DNA of 64,000 nucleotides, from positions 1-64,000 of the forward strand of contig JBFLGF010000006.1 in NCBI GenBank assembly GCA_050230475.1, in the 5' to 3' direction. A program made the translations under genes and the position numbers. Under the pieces are notes generated by a model that was not told the DNA's origin, made no database searches, and saw only the letters and a list, made by a program, of their open reading frames with translations. This DNA is from Ancylonema sp. (lineage: Eukaryota). This document shows, in pieces, positions 51,168 through 64,000 of this stretch (positions are counted from its first letter, which is position 1; each line of letters starts with the position of its first letter).

Positions 51168-52236
51168 ATTTGAAAACACATTGGTTTTGATTATAATATT
51201 AAAATACTCGCGCCGCTATGTATTTCCGCCTTATCACACTACTCCGCTCATTTTGTCCCGAGTTTTGTCGGTGACCGGCGCTCTTTGCTGAATTTGATTC
51301 ATAGACGCTCCTGATCCATTCCGATCTCCGATCCGGATCGGCGCCGGATACGGTAATGGGTACGGTAAATGATTTTCAATCAATTGTTAAAACCCGGACG
51401 TAAACGTTTAAATTAATTTTAACAAGGTAGAAAAATGATACTCAAAATCATTAGTAAAAAACCCGTTTTCGGAATCATTTACGGAAAATTAGGGGACAAC
51501 TAGATGTGACTTTAAATGTGATGAAACGGGCTACTCGACAAAGGCGCATGCAGAACGACACATTTTCGGGCGAGCAACAGGGATTATTCGACGTCAGAAA
51601 CTACGTTACCGGGCACTGAAGTCCCACTTTATGGGGGATTGCCCATCATATGCGCTACATGACAACATATGACCTTGCATAACGACAATCGAGGCCGGGC
51701 GAGACATCTCGACTAGTGCCACGTTCACTTTCGACGTCAGAGTTAACATTGTATATGTCACAGTGACCAATATGCGGGTGGATATGGGCGAATCATTTGG
51801 ATTTTAGTTCCCAAATAAGGAAATCTTTTGATTCCTACAATAATTATCATCCCCAAAAACCATTGATAATAATAACGGATTCATGGAATCATTACCAAAT
51901 ATCATCGATAATAACTAATGGAATTTCAGAATGATTTATAGAAATCATTACGAAAATAACCAATCTTGGAAAGCAGAAATCATTTACGGTGCCCAGTTCG
52001 GTATTCCGTTCGGAACGAGCCCAACAAGTGAAAATATATAACAAAACAAATGTTTTCGGGGGTTTACGCCTTAGTGAGTACATTTTTTATTTTACCCTTC
52101 AATTGATTTTAACTTGTAGTTTAGTGCCTCCGATCCGGATTGGCGCCAATTCTGGTCCGATCTTGATCGGCGCGGGATCGGGAACACTACGAGCGGATCG
52201 CGACCAACTAAAATTTTAGTTGACAGCCTTTGACTA

Positions 52237-53249
52237 CCGTACTGGCCATACATAATGACCCGCAAATAATTATTGAAAGGGCGGGTCGAATTAAATAATT
52301 TATTTGTTAGGTTTGGGTCACGCCTTCAATTCCGGCGTAGTGGGTTAGCATCATAAAATCGATTGTATTATGTTTTTTGTTTGAAATACAGATGTGATTG
52401 GATCCCGGTCGCCCAAGATTTGATCGTGTTCCGGTAGCGGCCTAATCGATCGTCATTGGTTTCTTTTCGAAAATGTACGGGGGGAAATGGGCATGTCGGG
52501 GAATAATGAAGGTGTATATCCTTCTTATAATTTTGTAGCTGATCTCCTAGCAGCATACTTCAACTTATAGTCGGCATCTGCATTTTTTGTTTTTCACGTA
52601 AAACTACTTTCAGAGCATTCCCCTTCATCTTTTCCGAAACTCTCAGAATATATTTGTCTAACGGGCCTCTTTTCATGACGATGAGCGACAAATGCTAACA
52701 ATATAGTTGTGGACTCACACTCCGTGCTTAGGTCTCCGTGCTCCGTGCAAAGGTTGCTCCGTCTACAGGGCCGTACTCTAGAGCCAACAACGCACGACAC
52801 CAAGATACGGCTTTCAAACGAAATTGAACGGATGAGCGGCGAATTATTTTGAAAAAAAGAAAAGTGAGCGGATCATTTTGTGTAAAGTGAACGGATGAAC
52901 GGCGAATAAGTTTGAGAAAAGGGAAAGTGAACGGATTTTCTGGTGTAAAATGAACAATGTAGTGGGACATAAAAACCCGGAATAATCAAAAAATAATCGA
53001 CGGCCGAAATTGAACTCCCCAAGGTTTAGAGTACCATAATTAGTACGGTACTTGTAAGGTAATGATTACGCCTTGTTTTGGGGTGGGTCATTTTGCTTGC
53101 TCGGTCACGGTATAGTAAATATTTTACACGCGGGTCATGATTTTGGGTCACGGGATGATAAATATATTTTGTCCGGCTCAAGTTGGTGGGTCACCACGAA
53201 AATTAATTGTTTTTTTTTTCAGCCGGGTCATTATGTATGGCGAGTACAG
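52237..53249 (-). mobile_element. Inverted copy of the 20927-22437 TIR element family
   Basis: Same TIRs and subterminal sequence in reverse orientation; only about 2-3 satellite units (52815-52955). Confidence 0.85.
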
Positions 53250-53647
53250 CATTTCTTTTGCATTTGAACTGATTAAGACTACATGTCGACAAGTTGTCTC
53301 TTAGACATCATTTGAGTTGATAGAATGTCATCGTGACCTTTGCTTAGTATATCAACAGTTTATGACCTGCTCGGTGATATCTGTGGCCAATATAGCGCGC
53401 ACACCAAGTTGAGTAGGTAATTTTTGCCACGTGTATCTGAGTGAACGCGAAAGAGTATAAATTTTGAGATTCCAACAACACAACCTTTGTATAAATCCCA
53501 GCTTTCGTTGGATTTGACGCTTATTATACTTTACCTTGCACATAATTGTTCTGTTCGACTCTGAATTCCTTACTATTGCAATTTTTTTGAGTCTTGTGCA
53601 TTGTAATTGCGATATTGTTTTCATTGAGCCTTCGCTTTCCGTGTTGT

Positions 53648-54209
53648 TGTTACGACCGTCGCCGGTCTGTACTTTGAACGACTTCACAATCGGGCCATAA
53701 AAGGCACAATGTCAAAGATGGGACTTGGACAGCACATATACAATATATACCGAGATGCCGATCCCTGACACTATCCCCCCCGCAAGGGGTTCGCGTCCCG
53801 AGAACCCCCAGCACCCCAAGAATGACCGGGCTGATGTGCCGCGTGCACGGGCACCCCCTCCCCGAGGGTGCACCCCGCATGTGAACGCGGGCCGGTCAAA
53901 TATATAATTGTTAACCCCCACGCTCACACGGATTTCCGTGGGGGTTAACAATTATATATTTGACCGGCCCGCGTTCACATGCAAGGTGCACCCTCGGGGA
54001 GGGGGTGCCCGTGCGCGCGGCCACAGCCCGGTCATTCTAGGGGTGCTGGGGGTTCTCGGGACGCGAACCCCTTGCGGGGGGGATAGTGTCAGGGATCGGC
54101 ATCTCGGTATATATTGTATCTGTGATGTCCAAGTCCCAACTTGGACATTGTGCCTTTCATAGCCCGGTTGTGAAGTCGTTGAAAGTACACTCCGGCGACG
54201 GTCGTAACA
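53648..54209. mobile_element. Palindromic (foldback) element with about 275-bp arms, TG..CA ends and a 5-bp TSD
   Basis: 53648-53922 is the near-perfect reverse complement of 53937-54209; GTTGT lies on both sides. Confidence 0.92.
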
Positions 54210-54908
54210 GTTGTCGTAACAAGTTGTCGCTTTGAAATCCAGTTGTTGATTTTATCGATAAGTAATTGTTGATTGGCTCACCCGCATGGCGGTCACATTT
54301 TTTTTATTTTTTTTACTTCAGCCATCCGTGCGATCATATCACATAGTTATGTTGTTATTGACGCTCTTTGAGGACTTGCGCTATAATGAACTGCTTGCCG
54401 AATTAAAAGGATGTTGCATTTCATTTGAAGTTTGTGTCACTCTGTCCGTCTTGCCGTCCAGTAGTTTGGAGAGTGTGATAGCTTGCCAGCGAGTAGTATA
54501 GCGACCAAAGCTCGAAAGCTGCCTCGTTTATGTGATTGTTTACAATCACTCCCGGGACTCAACCAAGCGAGTTACTCTCAACACAAGATTTACCAAGCAT
54601 GACCACCAAGATGTCAACATCAAGAACGGTTCCGGTTACCCATTCCCGCCACCAACATTTGGGGCACACAATCACAACGGCCTCCGGGTTGAGAGAATTT
54701 CAGCCTTCTGCATCAACATGTACCATATCGACACTACACTCAATGGGTTGAGTCATTGAGTAACATCACAACTTCATCGACTGTTGACGTCATCGATGAC
54801 TCCGTTAGCTTACCGATCGCATCCAACATGTCACGTAAATCGTATACTAGCACGCACAACTTCTGGCTTTCAATTCCACTCAAGGCTTCATCATAGTTGT
54901 AACACATA

Positions 54909-55130
54909 CCGTGCTAGCCATACATAACATCCCGGGTATAAAAGAACAATAATCGGGGTGACCCACCAACTTTGACCGAGCAAAAGACATTTAGTATCCC
55001 GTAATCTAAAAATATGACCCCGGTAAATATGATACATTCTACCGTGACCCCGCAAGCAAAATGACCCACCTCAAACAACACGTAAAATTATCCGCACTAT
55101 TACCACACCAATCACGGTACTCTAATTGCT
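54909..55130 (+). mobile_element. Truncated third copy of the 20927-22437 TIR family
   Basis: TA|CCGTGCTAGCCATACATAA..GTGACCCACCAAC..GCAAGCAAAATGACCCACC matches the left end of the 20927 element. Confidence 0.75.
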
Positions 55131-55190
55131 TAAACCCTCAAGAAAGAAGCGGAGAGAATTTACGGCTCTTCATTTCGGCCCAGTAACAAT

Positions 55191-58100
55191 TGACGTGCTA
55201 GATGGAGTCGGCACACAACTTGTCGACGGAATATCACAAAAACTCGAAAATCGACAGATTTTTGTAAAATCTGGAAAACATGACTTTTTACGGTTTTCTT
55301 CGCCGATAATGTTGACGGATAGTAGTTGATGACTTGGCTGCGTTGATGGAGTTTGCAGCGTCTTGATTGACTTTGGAGTTATCATCTCGTCTCACTAGAG
55401 TAGATTGGTGTAGGTTGAGTAGTAGATTGGTGTAGGTTGAATTGAATTCAAGCACGGTATGTGACTTATCAACGAAGTTTGCCGTAGCTACTACTCGCCG
55501 AAAGCTGAGATGCACTTAACGCAAAGTAGTGGAAGGTCTGAGGAAACAATACTAGGGTTAATCAAGAATCGCTAATCAGAGCACTTCACAACACGCGACA
55601 ACTACTAGTGATGGGATTCAGGGCAAATAGCTATAGAATTTCTACAAGGGTTGCCAGAATGATTGATGATTGGTTGCTTTAGAATACGCACACGATAAGG
55701 GTCACGATAAATCAAGCGTCACGGTGAATGAACGATTCACGAATTCAGTAACGGGTGCAGACAATTCAAAGGATGAATTGTCTGACTGAGTTTGCACAAA
55801 ACGGTGCAGCGAATGTCAAAGGCGATGGGGCGCACTTGACAACGATAGTAGACGATTCAGAATACACGAATTCACAAAAGGAGTTTTTTGAAATTCAGAC
55901 AGCGTAAACTTACAGCGGAAGCTGGAAGTTTTGAGCACAAACTTTGCTCTTAAACAATCGACGCGGCTTTTTGCACGCGGAACTTTCTAGATCTTATCTT
56001 GATCTAAGGCTGAAAACAAATATCGACTAGACAGGTAATCTCGACTGTCTATTATGGATTTATAGATTTCACACGTGTGACAGCTCACCAGTCAGGCTGA
56101 CTGACTGAAATCAGCTCGGCGCGCACTGAGAATCTTCTAACTCGTCGAAAACACCGATAGGCTAGACTACTTTCTGAAAATTGGTACACCGACTTTCTTC
56201 GATATACTGAACACGACAAAAATACGAGTAAATTCATCCGAGCTAAAATTGACCACTTATAACAACAAGTTCAATTTAGCGGCTAAAATCGACAAAGTAT
56301 TGGAACTCGTGCCAGATGGATTCGACAAAGTATTGGAACTCGCTATATTTTGAGGAACTCGTCACAAAATAATTGATTCTTATCGAAATATCTCTAGCGG
56401 CATGACAGCTGACGTGCCAGATAGAGTCGGCACACAACTTGTCGACGGAATATCACAAAAACTGGAAAATCGACAGATTTTGGAAAAATATGGAAAACAT
56501 GACTTTTATGGTTTTCTTCGCCGATGATGTTGACGGATAGTAGTAGATGACTTGGCTGATTTCATGGAGTTTGCAGCGTCTTGATTGGATTTGGAGTTAT
56601 CATCTCGTCTCACTCCCCCCCCCCAGCTACGAAAACTTACTTAGACAGATGATGGCGACACTTTGGTTACATGCTGGATTCTCTTGCGGAAATGGTGGGA
56701 GGTCACATGTGGTACGGATAGGGATCTTGGGTGAAGATGGAGTGATACCACCACGTGATGAAGGGTGATGAAGATCCTGACTGGAAATGGTGTTGAGTAA
56801 CTGGGAAGCCACAAACTGTTGGTGAGATAGATGCAAGAAGTGATGGTACTCCGAATGCGATGTCTACCCGATGGTTGTGCCCGTGCGTTGCGACTTTTTT
56901 TTTTTGGGACTTTCTCAAAGGTGTGGTAAATCCCTTTTGTTGACTCTTTTCCGGGGTCTTTGATAAACGTGGGTAATAGTGCCCACTCATGGAGGTTGAC
57001 GGAAGCTTTTCGGGGTGAGGAAGTCGATGGTAGTATCTCGGGGTGAGTGATGGTACCAGACTGTAACTCACGGTAATGCATGCAGAATGGTGTGATGGAG
57101 AGACCATGTAGCATAATGACTTGGTGAATTTGCCCAATTGTTGTGTCTTTTTTTGGGACTTCCAAAAATTGTGAGTCCAAAGGCAACAAGGGTAAAGAGA
57201 TGCATGTGGAGAGTGGTGATGAAGGTCCTGATAGAAACTCAGACAGAGTGGTTGTACCAGACTTCGTCTCTAGGTGAAGCATACAAATTGTGGAAGTTGG
57301 TTGAGGAAGATAAGATTGTGAGGACGTGCGGAATGGTGATGCAACCCACTCTTGTGGTAATGGATTTTGCGGCATCATGGTTGAACTTGCACTCCCCCCT
57401 GGTAATGTCGATGTCTTGAACCTCGATAACTTGGTTACGGCTGATGGCACATGAAGCATGTCACTGAATGGTGGAGGATGATTCAACCCTTGGTGAAGCG
57501 GCTAAAGTTGAAGCATGTTCAGATGGAAGTTATCATTCTCTAAAGCGTGAACGTCCGGAGCAAGGGTGAGCAAAAATGGAATGGTTGCTTTCTCACCTGG
57601 AATGGTTGCTTTCTCACCTTGGATGCCGGGTAATGCTGGTACATGGGGGCTGAATGAAGAATTGGTTGTGGATGTCGTGGATGACTGGTCCTCCTATGAT
57701 GAAGCTCGAACCTCGCATGATAGGGTCGGAGCGTGAGTAGAAACGATAGCCTTAGGGTGATCCAGTTCGAGAGCCGATACTTGGTGAATCGATGGAGTTG
57801 CACCAAGGGTGAGGCAAGGATCCCGTGACTTTGTAGGCCGGAGAGTCGGACATGGGGTGAGGATGGCACTCAGTCCGAGAGGTTGTGCTGCTTGCATGGC
57901 ACGGAAGAGAGCATGAGGGGATGGACTTGCTGTGTTGGTTGTCCGTGTAACCGACGCGCTCATGTAGGCCACCCCATAGGTTTCGAGGTAGAATTTTTGA
58001 GTTGCGTTGAGCCCATGGGTGATGATGGGAACGGACACCATCCTGTCTCCTTTTACTTCCCAATTCACTCGGTAGTGGAAGCGGTGTCCCCAATTGTCGA

Positions 58101-61100
58101 CGATCCCTCCGATGGGAACAATAAAAGAATTGCTCAAGAGGACCGAATACTTGTCAGAGGGTGACAAGGTGAGACGAACTGGAATTGTGGTTTGGAACTT
58201 GCCGTGCCCATTGGTGATTCCGTAATCCCTCTTGGTGACTCCCAAAGATGTGTGGGTTTGTCCTGACGAGGTAAGGTGTTTTTCACCAGGGTCTAAGTCT
58301 GCCTTGGTGATGCCGAGTTGTTTTGCCATGGTTACACCGATCATACAATCTCCTGACCCGGTGTCCAGAACCATGTCCCGTGTGGGTTCGACTCCTTCGA
58401 TGAAGAAGATTTGTTGGTTTTTCTCTATCACAGGTACTGTCCAACGACTCCTTCGATGAAGAATATCTGTTGGTTTTTCTCTATCACAGGTACTGTCCAA
58501 TTGGTGGTGACGCGTGCGTCTGGTTCAATGACAGGCTTGTTGTTCTCGGGTTTCACAGTGGAACGAATCTTTGTCACTCTTTCCTGAAAAACCACTGGAA
58601 TACCAGCTTGTATATTCTCCCAATCTTCCTTGGTCATGTGATCTCGTGGACAATCTTGCCATTTTGTGGTGAGGGATGCGAAGGACCTGCTGCTATGCTA
58701 GCAACTACAGGTGAGAGAATGATGGGACCTGGTGCATGACTCGCAACGACAGGTGAGAATGTGACAGCCTTATTGGTCAGCACTGTCGATGCATCGTCTC
58801 GTGGTTTCATTTTTTCTTGACTCATGAGAGAGTTCAAAATACTGACACCCGTGGCATATGCTGCTTCTTGCACATACCGTTGGTGCTCTTCCTTTGTCAT
58901 CTGCAGGTAGCGGGGTGTACTTAAGTGTATGACGGAACGGAAGGTGGTGACTGGGCCATCGGTTGTGTGGAGGACTCGTGTCGTAAGTCGCTCCTTAAAC
59001 TCGCCACTTCAGCTTTCAAAGGGTTGATTGCTGCAGTCACGGTTGCTTCAATGTCTTTCCATGGGAGTGGTGCTGCGAGCGGAGCACTTGGTACTGCTGC
59101 GTGGTAAAGAGACTCATGAGGTGGTGAAGGTAGAGAACACGTGCACTCGTGCCTCGTTGACTTCACGGAGTAGGCCGGATGCGGAGGTGGCCTCGTTGGT
59201 GGAGATGCTTTGTTCTCGAGTTCTTGAATCCGGCTTTCGAGCGTTGACCTTGTCGATTGCTCCTTGAGAAGGGACTCATTGAGATGTTGAAAAGTAGATT
59301 CTTTGGCTTGCTCATGTCGAAGAGCCTCGGTGAGATTGTCGATGACCGCCTGTACGTCCGGTGAAATGCGGGGAACCGGAGCAATAGGGGTGACACTAAA
59401 GGATGGGACCAAGCTAGTTGGTGAGTGTTGATGTCGATCGGGGTTTACTTTCTCTATACCGCGATCACGCTCAGGTGAAGAGTGTGGAAGTCGCGTTGGG
59501 TAAGGACACTGATCCACTTGGTGACCTTCGTTTTCACAGTTGTAACAAATCATCGATGTCCCGCCTAGGAGCCTTGGTGAGTTGTCGCATGACGGAAGGT
59601 TAGGATGGTGGAGATTTGCAGACAAACGATCGAGACGCAAGGAACTAGATGGAGCTCCTTGGTTAAGCTTGCATGAACCCATTACCGACTGAAGTTGTGG
59701 TTCGGTCTCCCCTGTTGCTCGGTACTCAGAAGCAACTTTGGTGAGGGTGAGTTTGAACCTATCAGCTTTTAGCATGAGATCCTCGACTGAGATAGGTGGT
59801 GTAGGCGTCGTCTCATACAACTTTTTCTCGGTTTCTTGAATGTACCAAATATCGACCAATTCGCGTACACCTTCCGGAAAATGCTTCTTCAGTTTCACCA
59901 CAACTTGCTCTGTTCATCGCATTATGTTCCACAACAATCTGTGCAGGTTCTTTGAAACGACTGTACAAAAAAGACACGGACTCTGTGGCAGACAATGGTT
60001 TGAAGTTTTGGATCTTGGTGATTTGCTCACTGATTATAGATTGCCGAAAACGGTCACGTAGCTTCCTTGCAAAAGGTGGTGAGCTCGTTAGGTTTTACTC
60101 CGGTTAGAGGTGTCGATCTGACCATAGCGGTGGTTAGGAATTTGCCTTGTGTCCGCCAATAATACATCTCAGAATTCTTCTCACGATGGGTGTCACGAGT
60201 GGCCATAAGGGTTGCGTCACCAATATTTTCTTTCCTAAACTTTTTCCAGACATCGTGAGCTATACCCTTTGTGAATTGACCTGCATACTCGACGGTGTCC
60301 CACTGAACCTGTCTTTTCCGTTCGTTTTTTATCTGTAGTATGACCACAATGCATCGATGAATTCCTCTTGTTTATCACCGACCTCTCCAGAATACAAGGG
60401 TACTTTCTGTTCAGACATGTCGTCTGCGGTGGTGTCAAACAAATATGTTCCGGGATGACAGTAAAGGGTATTGTCGATATCACAGCAAACGGTGCTGCAA
60501 CGGTGATGAAGACGATGGAATCAGGGTAAAAATCGTCTCGGAAAAATGGTTTTTTGTGGTGAAAAATCTCGATCCAGTAAATGGTGCACTGCTGCACACC
60601 AATATTTTTAGCAACGCCGTGATTGCTTTGAAAAATGTGATATTTTTTGTGATATGTTAGTCAACGTTAGATTACAGCTTCTCACAAAATTTCAGATCAA
60701 ACAAAGAAGTCTGCAGCTCAATCGATAATTTCACGTGAACGACATCTGAACAGCTTTCTGACAGGTTTCAGAGCTGTCACGTCAATGAAATGGGAAATGC
60801 TATAAGTCAACACAAACTTATTCAAATAGTTTATACTTTGAAAATATGATATATAATTACTAAAAACACAAGCTCACAAAATTGCAAGGCAAACCAAAAA
60901 TTCTTCAGAATCTGACAACTGCACGAAATTGAAAGTGTTCCCAAGGGTGCCTTTTGCGAGAGTTTGGAAATGGAAATGGAGCTGTTCAGCTCCTCCTTTT
61001 TCTTTCACAGCAGAAATGAAATATCCGTTTACCGAGGCACGGTGTGGATCAAAACAAGTTTCTGAACCGATGAAAAATGTCCGTTTACCACTGAGGGTGT

Positions 61101-61544
61101 GGATCGAACGATTTGATGATCACTTATCCGTTTACCGAAATTCGGTGTGGATCGACGAACAACGAGGGTACGAACCGGTACCATAAAATGATTCAGATGC
61201 ACAAGATGTCCTATGACCAGGACTTGAAAATGAATATACACACGGATACTGAGCTGGTCAGCTAGCCAAAAAAACAAATCGGATGAAACGGGAAGGGAAA
61301 AAAAAAAATGACCTTCCAAGCTTGAAGACCTCGATGAAGAGAAGCTCTTCCGCTAGTAAGTTTAGAGTAGATTGGTGTAGGTTGAGTCCCTACTGACCAC
61401 ACAGAATGTAATTCAAGCCACGGTATGTGACTTATCAACGAACTTTTCCGTAGCTACTACTCGCCGAAGGCTGAGATGCACTCAACGCAAAGTATTGGGA
61501 GGTCTCAGGAAACAATACTAGGGTTAATCAAGAATCGCTAATCA
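55191..61544 (-). mobile_element. Non-autonomous LTR retroelement of the same gag/protease family (no RT, IN or DNMT visible)
   Basis: gag 58921-60347 with CYNCENEGHQVDQC; protease MVLDTGSGDCMIG (57694-58500); G-rich PPT 56624-56613, then an LTR starting TGAGACG at 56612. 55396-55578 repeats 61363-61544, and 55191-55396 repeats 56410-56614. Confidence 0.82.
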
Positions 61545-64000
61545 TACGTTCGGGCAAAATTTTCATATTGAAATTTTCATTTCACGGATATGGATATTCA
61601 AGAATTAATCAACACGTAACCGTACGTGGCACAACTAAGCTTTGCGCCTACATAAAAAATGTAGGCGTAGATGTATGTCTACGAGTCGGCGGCTAAGTGT
61701 ATCCCTCCGATCGTCATTTTCATAAATGTACCTATGCTACATGCTAGTCGTATGGGTTTTGGATAGATACTTGGCGGCAATTTTAGGTTCCTGACTTTGT
61801 ATCTATTGTTGAAATTTTTTGGTTTATTACCTTGTCACACCAAGCATGAGAGAATCGGATATAAAATTTGGAATGAAAAATATGGAAGTTGAATGAAAAT
61901 AAGGCGGAGTTTTAAATACGAAAATTTATTTATCATCAATGATCAAAATCTTGAAGATATGGAATATCAGTTATAATCACTTTTAAATATATTGGATGGA
62001 CATAAATAAGCAATAAAAACGTCAAATTATGTGACTCAACATATACTTGGACCAGAACATGTATACAAAAACTTTCCAGCACAAGAGTAAGAGCTTGAAA
62101 AAAAAAAAAAAAAAAAAAAACTAGCCGCATGGAAAACTACATAAGGCAAGGATCATGTATGGGCCCGTATGCAAACGGCTGTATGCAAACGGCAGCCACG
62201 TATTGGTGCAACTATGGGCCTACTAATCCCTACCGATCCCTACCTATCCCTACCGGTTCCTCCCTACCGCCCTACCCCCTACCAAGCCAACCGCGGTTGG
62301 GCTAAATTCCCTACCGCATATTTGGGCATCGGTAGCTACCGCGGCAGCTAACGCGGTAGGACGGTAGGGAGTAGGGCGGTAGGGCGGTGTCGACAACCCT
62401 AACCCCATCTATGTTCGGACTTGAGGGCCCACCCAATGCCCTCCCAGCCGCCGATTCCCGGTGGCCGATCTTTGTTTTGTGATCACCGTCAGCCCACTGT
62501 CCAACCAATATCCATCCCGCCGTGGCATTCGAAGTTCGAAAGTCTAAATTGGACGGTGGGGTAGCGGCTGGGCGGCTGGTCAGGAAATGTGGGTGTTGGC
62601 GTTTTTTTGGAAGTTCAACCCGCATGTGGGGACCATTCAGTGCTCATCGTGTGTGGTGGACACGTGGTAGTAATTACTACCACGAACATTATAAAAATGA
62701 ACAGGATTGTTATGTTTCTCCGCAAGTCATCTACTCAACTCCACAATTTGGTTATCGTAGTTGAGCAAAAGTATTGCGTATTGTGGGACACAACGAGCAC
62801 AATAGTGAATTGCAATATGGTTTTACATTTTCAAAAACCTTTCAGCAATCAACGGCGGTGTGGATTTCTCACGTGAATGCACATTCAAACAATGTCATAG
62901 GCATGCGCACAATACACAACAAATTGCTTGTAACCAAATCTAGTGATTATCGAATCTAACGGGTGTCGAAACGCCATTTGTTAATTTAAGGTCGATGATA
63001 TCCTTGAAATCGTCTGTATCGGCAATTTCATGCTCAAATATTTCAATCGTAATTTACATTTACGGTGTAAATAATATACATTACTAGTAAGTGTAATTTA
63101 CCCCTGTCTTACACCTCACGTTAGACCGATGGTTATTTACACAAAGTTATCATGGTAAATTACGTAACGCGTCAAATCACTGTAATTACTACATTTATCC
63201 CAAAAATACGGCAATCTCACAACCCTAGTCCTAACACTACCCACCCCACAAATTGCGGCGGGCAGTGTTGGGGGTAGAAGAGCTAAGGTTGGACTTAGAG
63301 TTGGGGAAAGAAATGAGGGTTGGGCTCATCGCAGAGGGTAAAAACAAGTTGAGCCGACTGAAATATGACTCCCAAAATGGTGAAGGATATTCCGAAAGTA
63401 ATCACACTAGGGAACCTATAATGTGACAATCCACTTCTTTACTATCGTCAATTTTATTAAACCAGCATCGAAATCAACACATTCACAATAATGACACTAC
63501 TGGAAATATTATAATATTGAAGAGAGTACATGAGTTACTAGAGGTGCTTGAATTTCAAGCCTTGAAGGGGACCCCTTCATAGTCTATATGCTAGTCTAGG
63601 TCAAAGCAAAAATGATCCCTGGTGGGATAAAATACGAACAATTCGATAAAACAGAAAACACAAGTCTAAGTTTGCTATGAAGGCAACTATAAGGATCAAG
63701 GACTCGAAATCGGACGGGATGCCAAATTGAATTAGGCACTCGACAATTGGAATAAAATGAAATTAGGAACTCGTTCTAACGGAACTAATTCGATATGAGC
63801 ACACTAGGGCTAGTAGCGCTAGGGCACAACACTCTTTAGAGAAACCTTAGTGACATTAGGAGGAGTCATAAGAAAATGAGCGAAAATGCGCTAGTTAATA
63901 CAAAATTGTTCCTACTCACACTCATTTGCACGCAAAGTGATCATAAACGATTTGGATGGTGCAGGTCCCATGAAGCAATGTTGGGGTGAGCATGAGAGCA

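Noticed and set aside
53712..54162. Twin ORFs MLTPT.. on opposite strands
   Set aside because: An artefact of the palindromic element.
63200..63900. Additional chromovirus LTR remnant on the minus strand
   Set aside because: Only short matches are present (CCTAACA at 63230-63236 and CACACTAG..CTAGTAGCGCTAGG near 63800-63823), and no boundaries can be supported.

Overview
Eukaryotic, transposon-rich plant-lineage DNA, probably a streptophyte green alga. That assignment is an inference from the extra-intron canonical phytochrome and the DNA-methyltransferase-carrying retroelements. There are three apparently intact host genes: a 7-exon canonical phytochrome (minus, 27962-23045, about 1130 aa, with a GC-AG first intron), a divergent 6-exon F-box/SEL1-like/MYND zinc-finger gene (32390-36477), and a 2-exon hnRNP A1-like protein with two RRMs and a Gly-rich tail (46632-48951). 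The first 18.5 kb is a nest of decayed LTR retrotransposons. A chromovirus Ty3/gypsy with three LTRs, a candidate self-priming PBS and a -1 frameshift pseudoknot sits inside a retroelement polyprotein that runs protease, acidic linker, then C5-cytosine methyltransferase. A copia remnant is also present. Three further copies of the gag/protease/DNMT family lie at about 9-11 kb, 16-18.5 kb and 55-61.5 kb. Intergenic DNA is full of TIR-bounded MITEs, a solo LTR and a 562-bp near-perfect foldback element with TG..CA ends and a 5-bp TSD. All calls come from reading the sequence by eye; no database searches were run.
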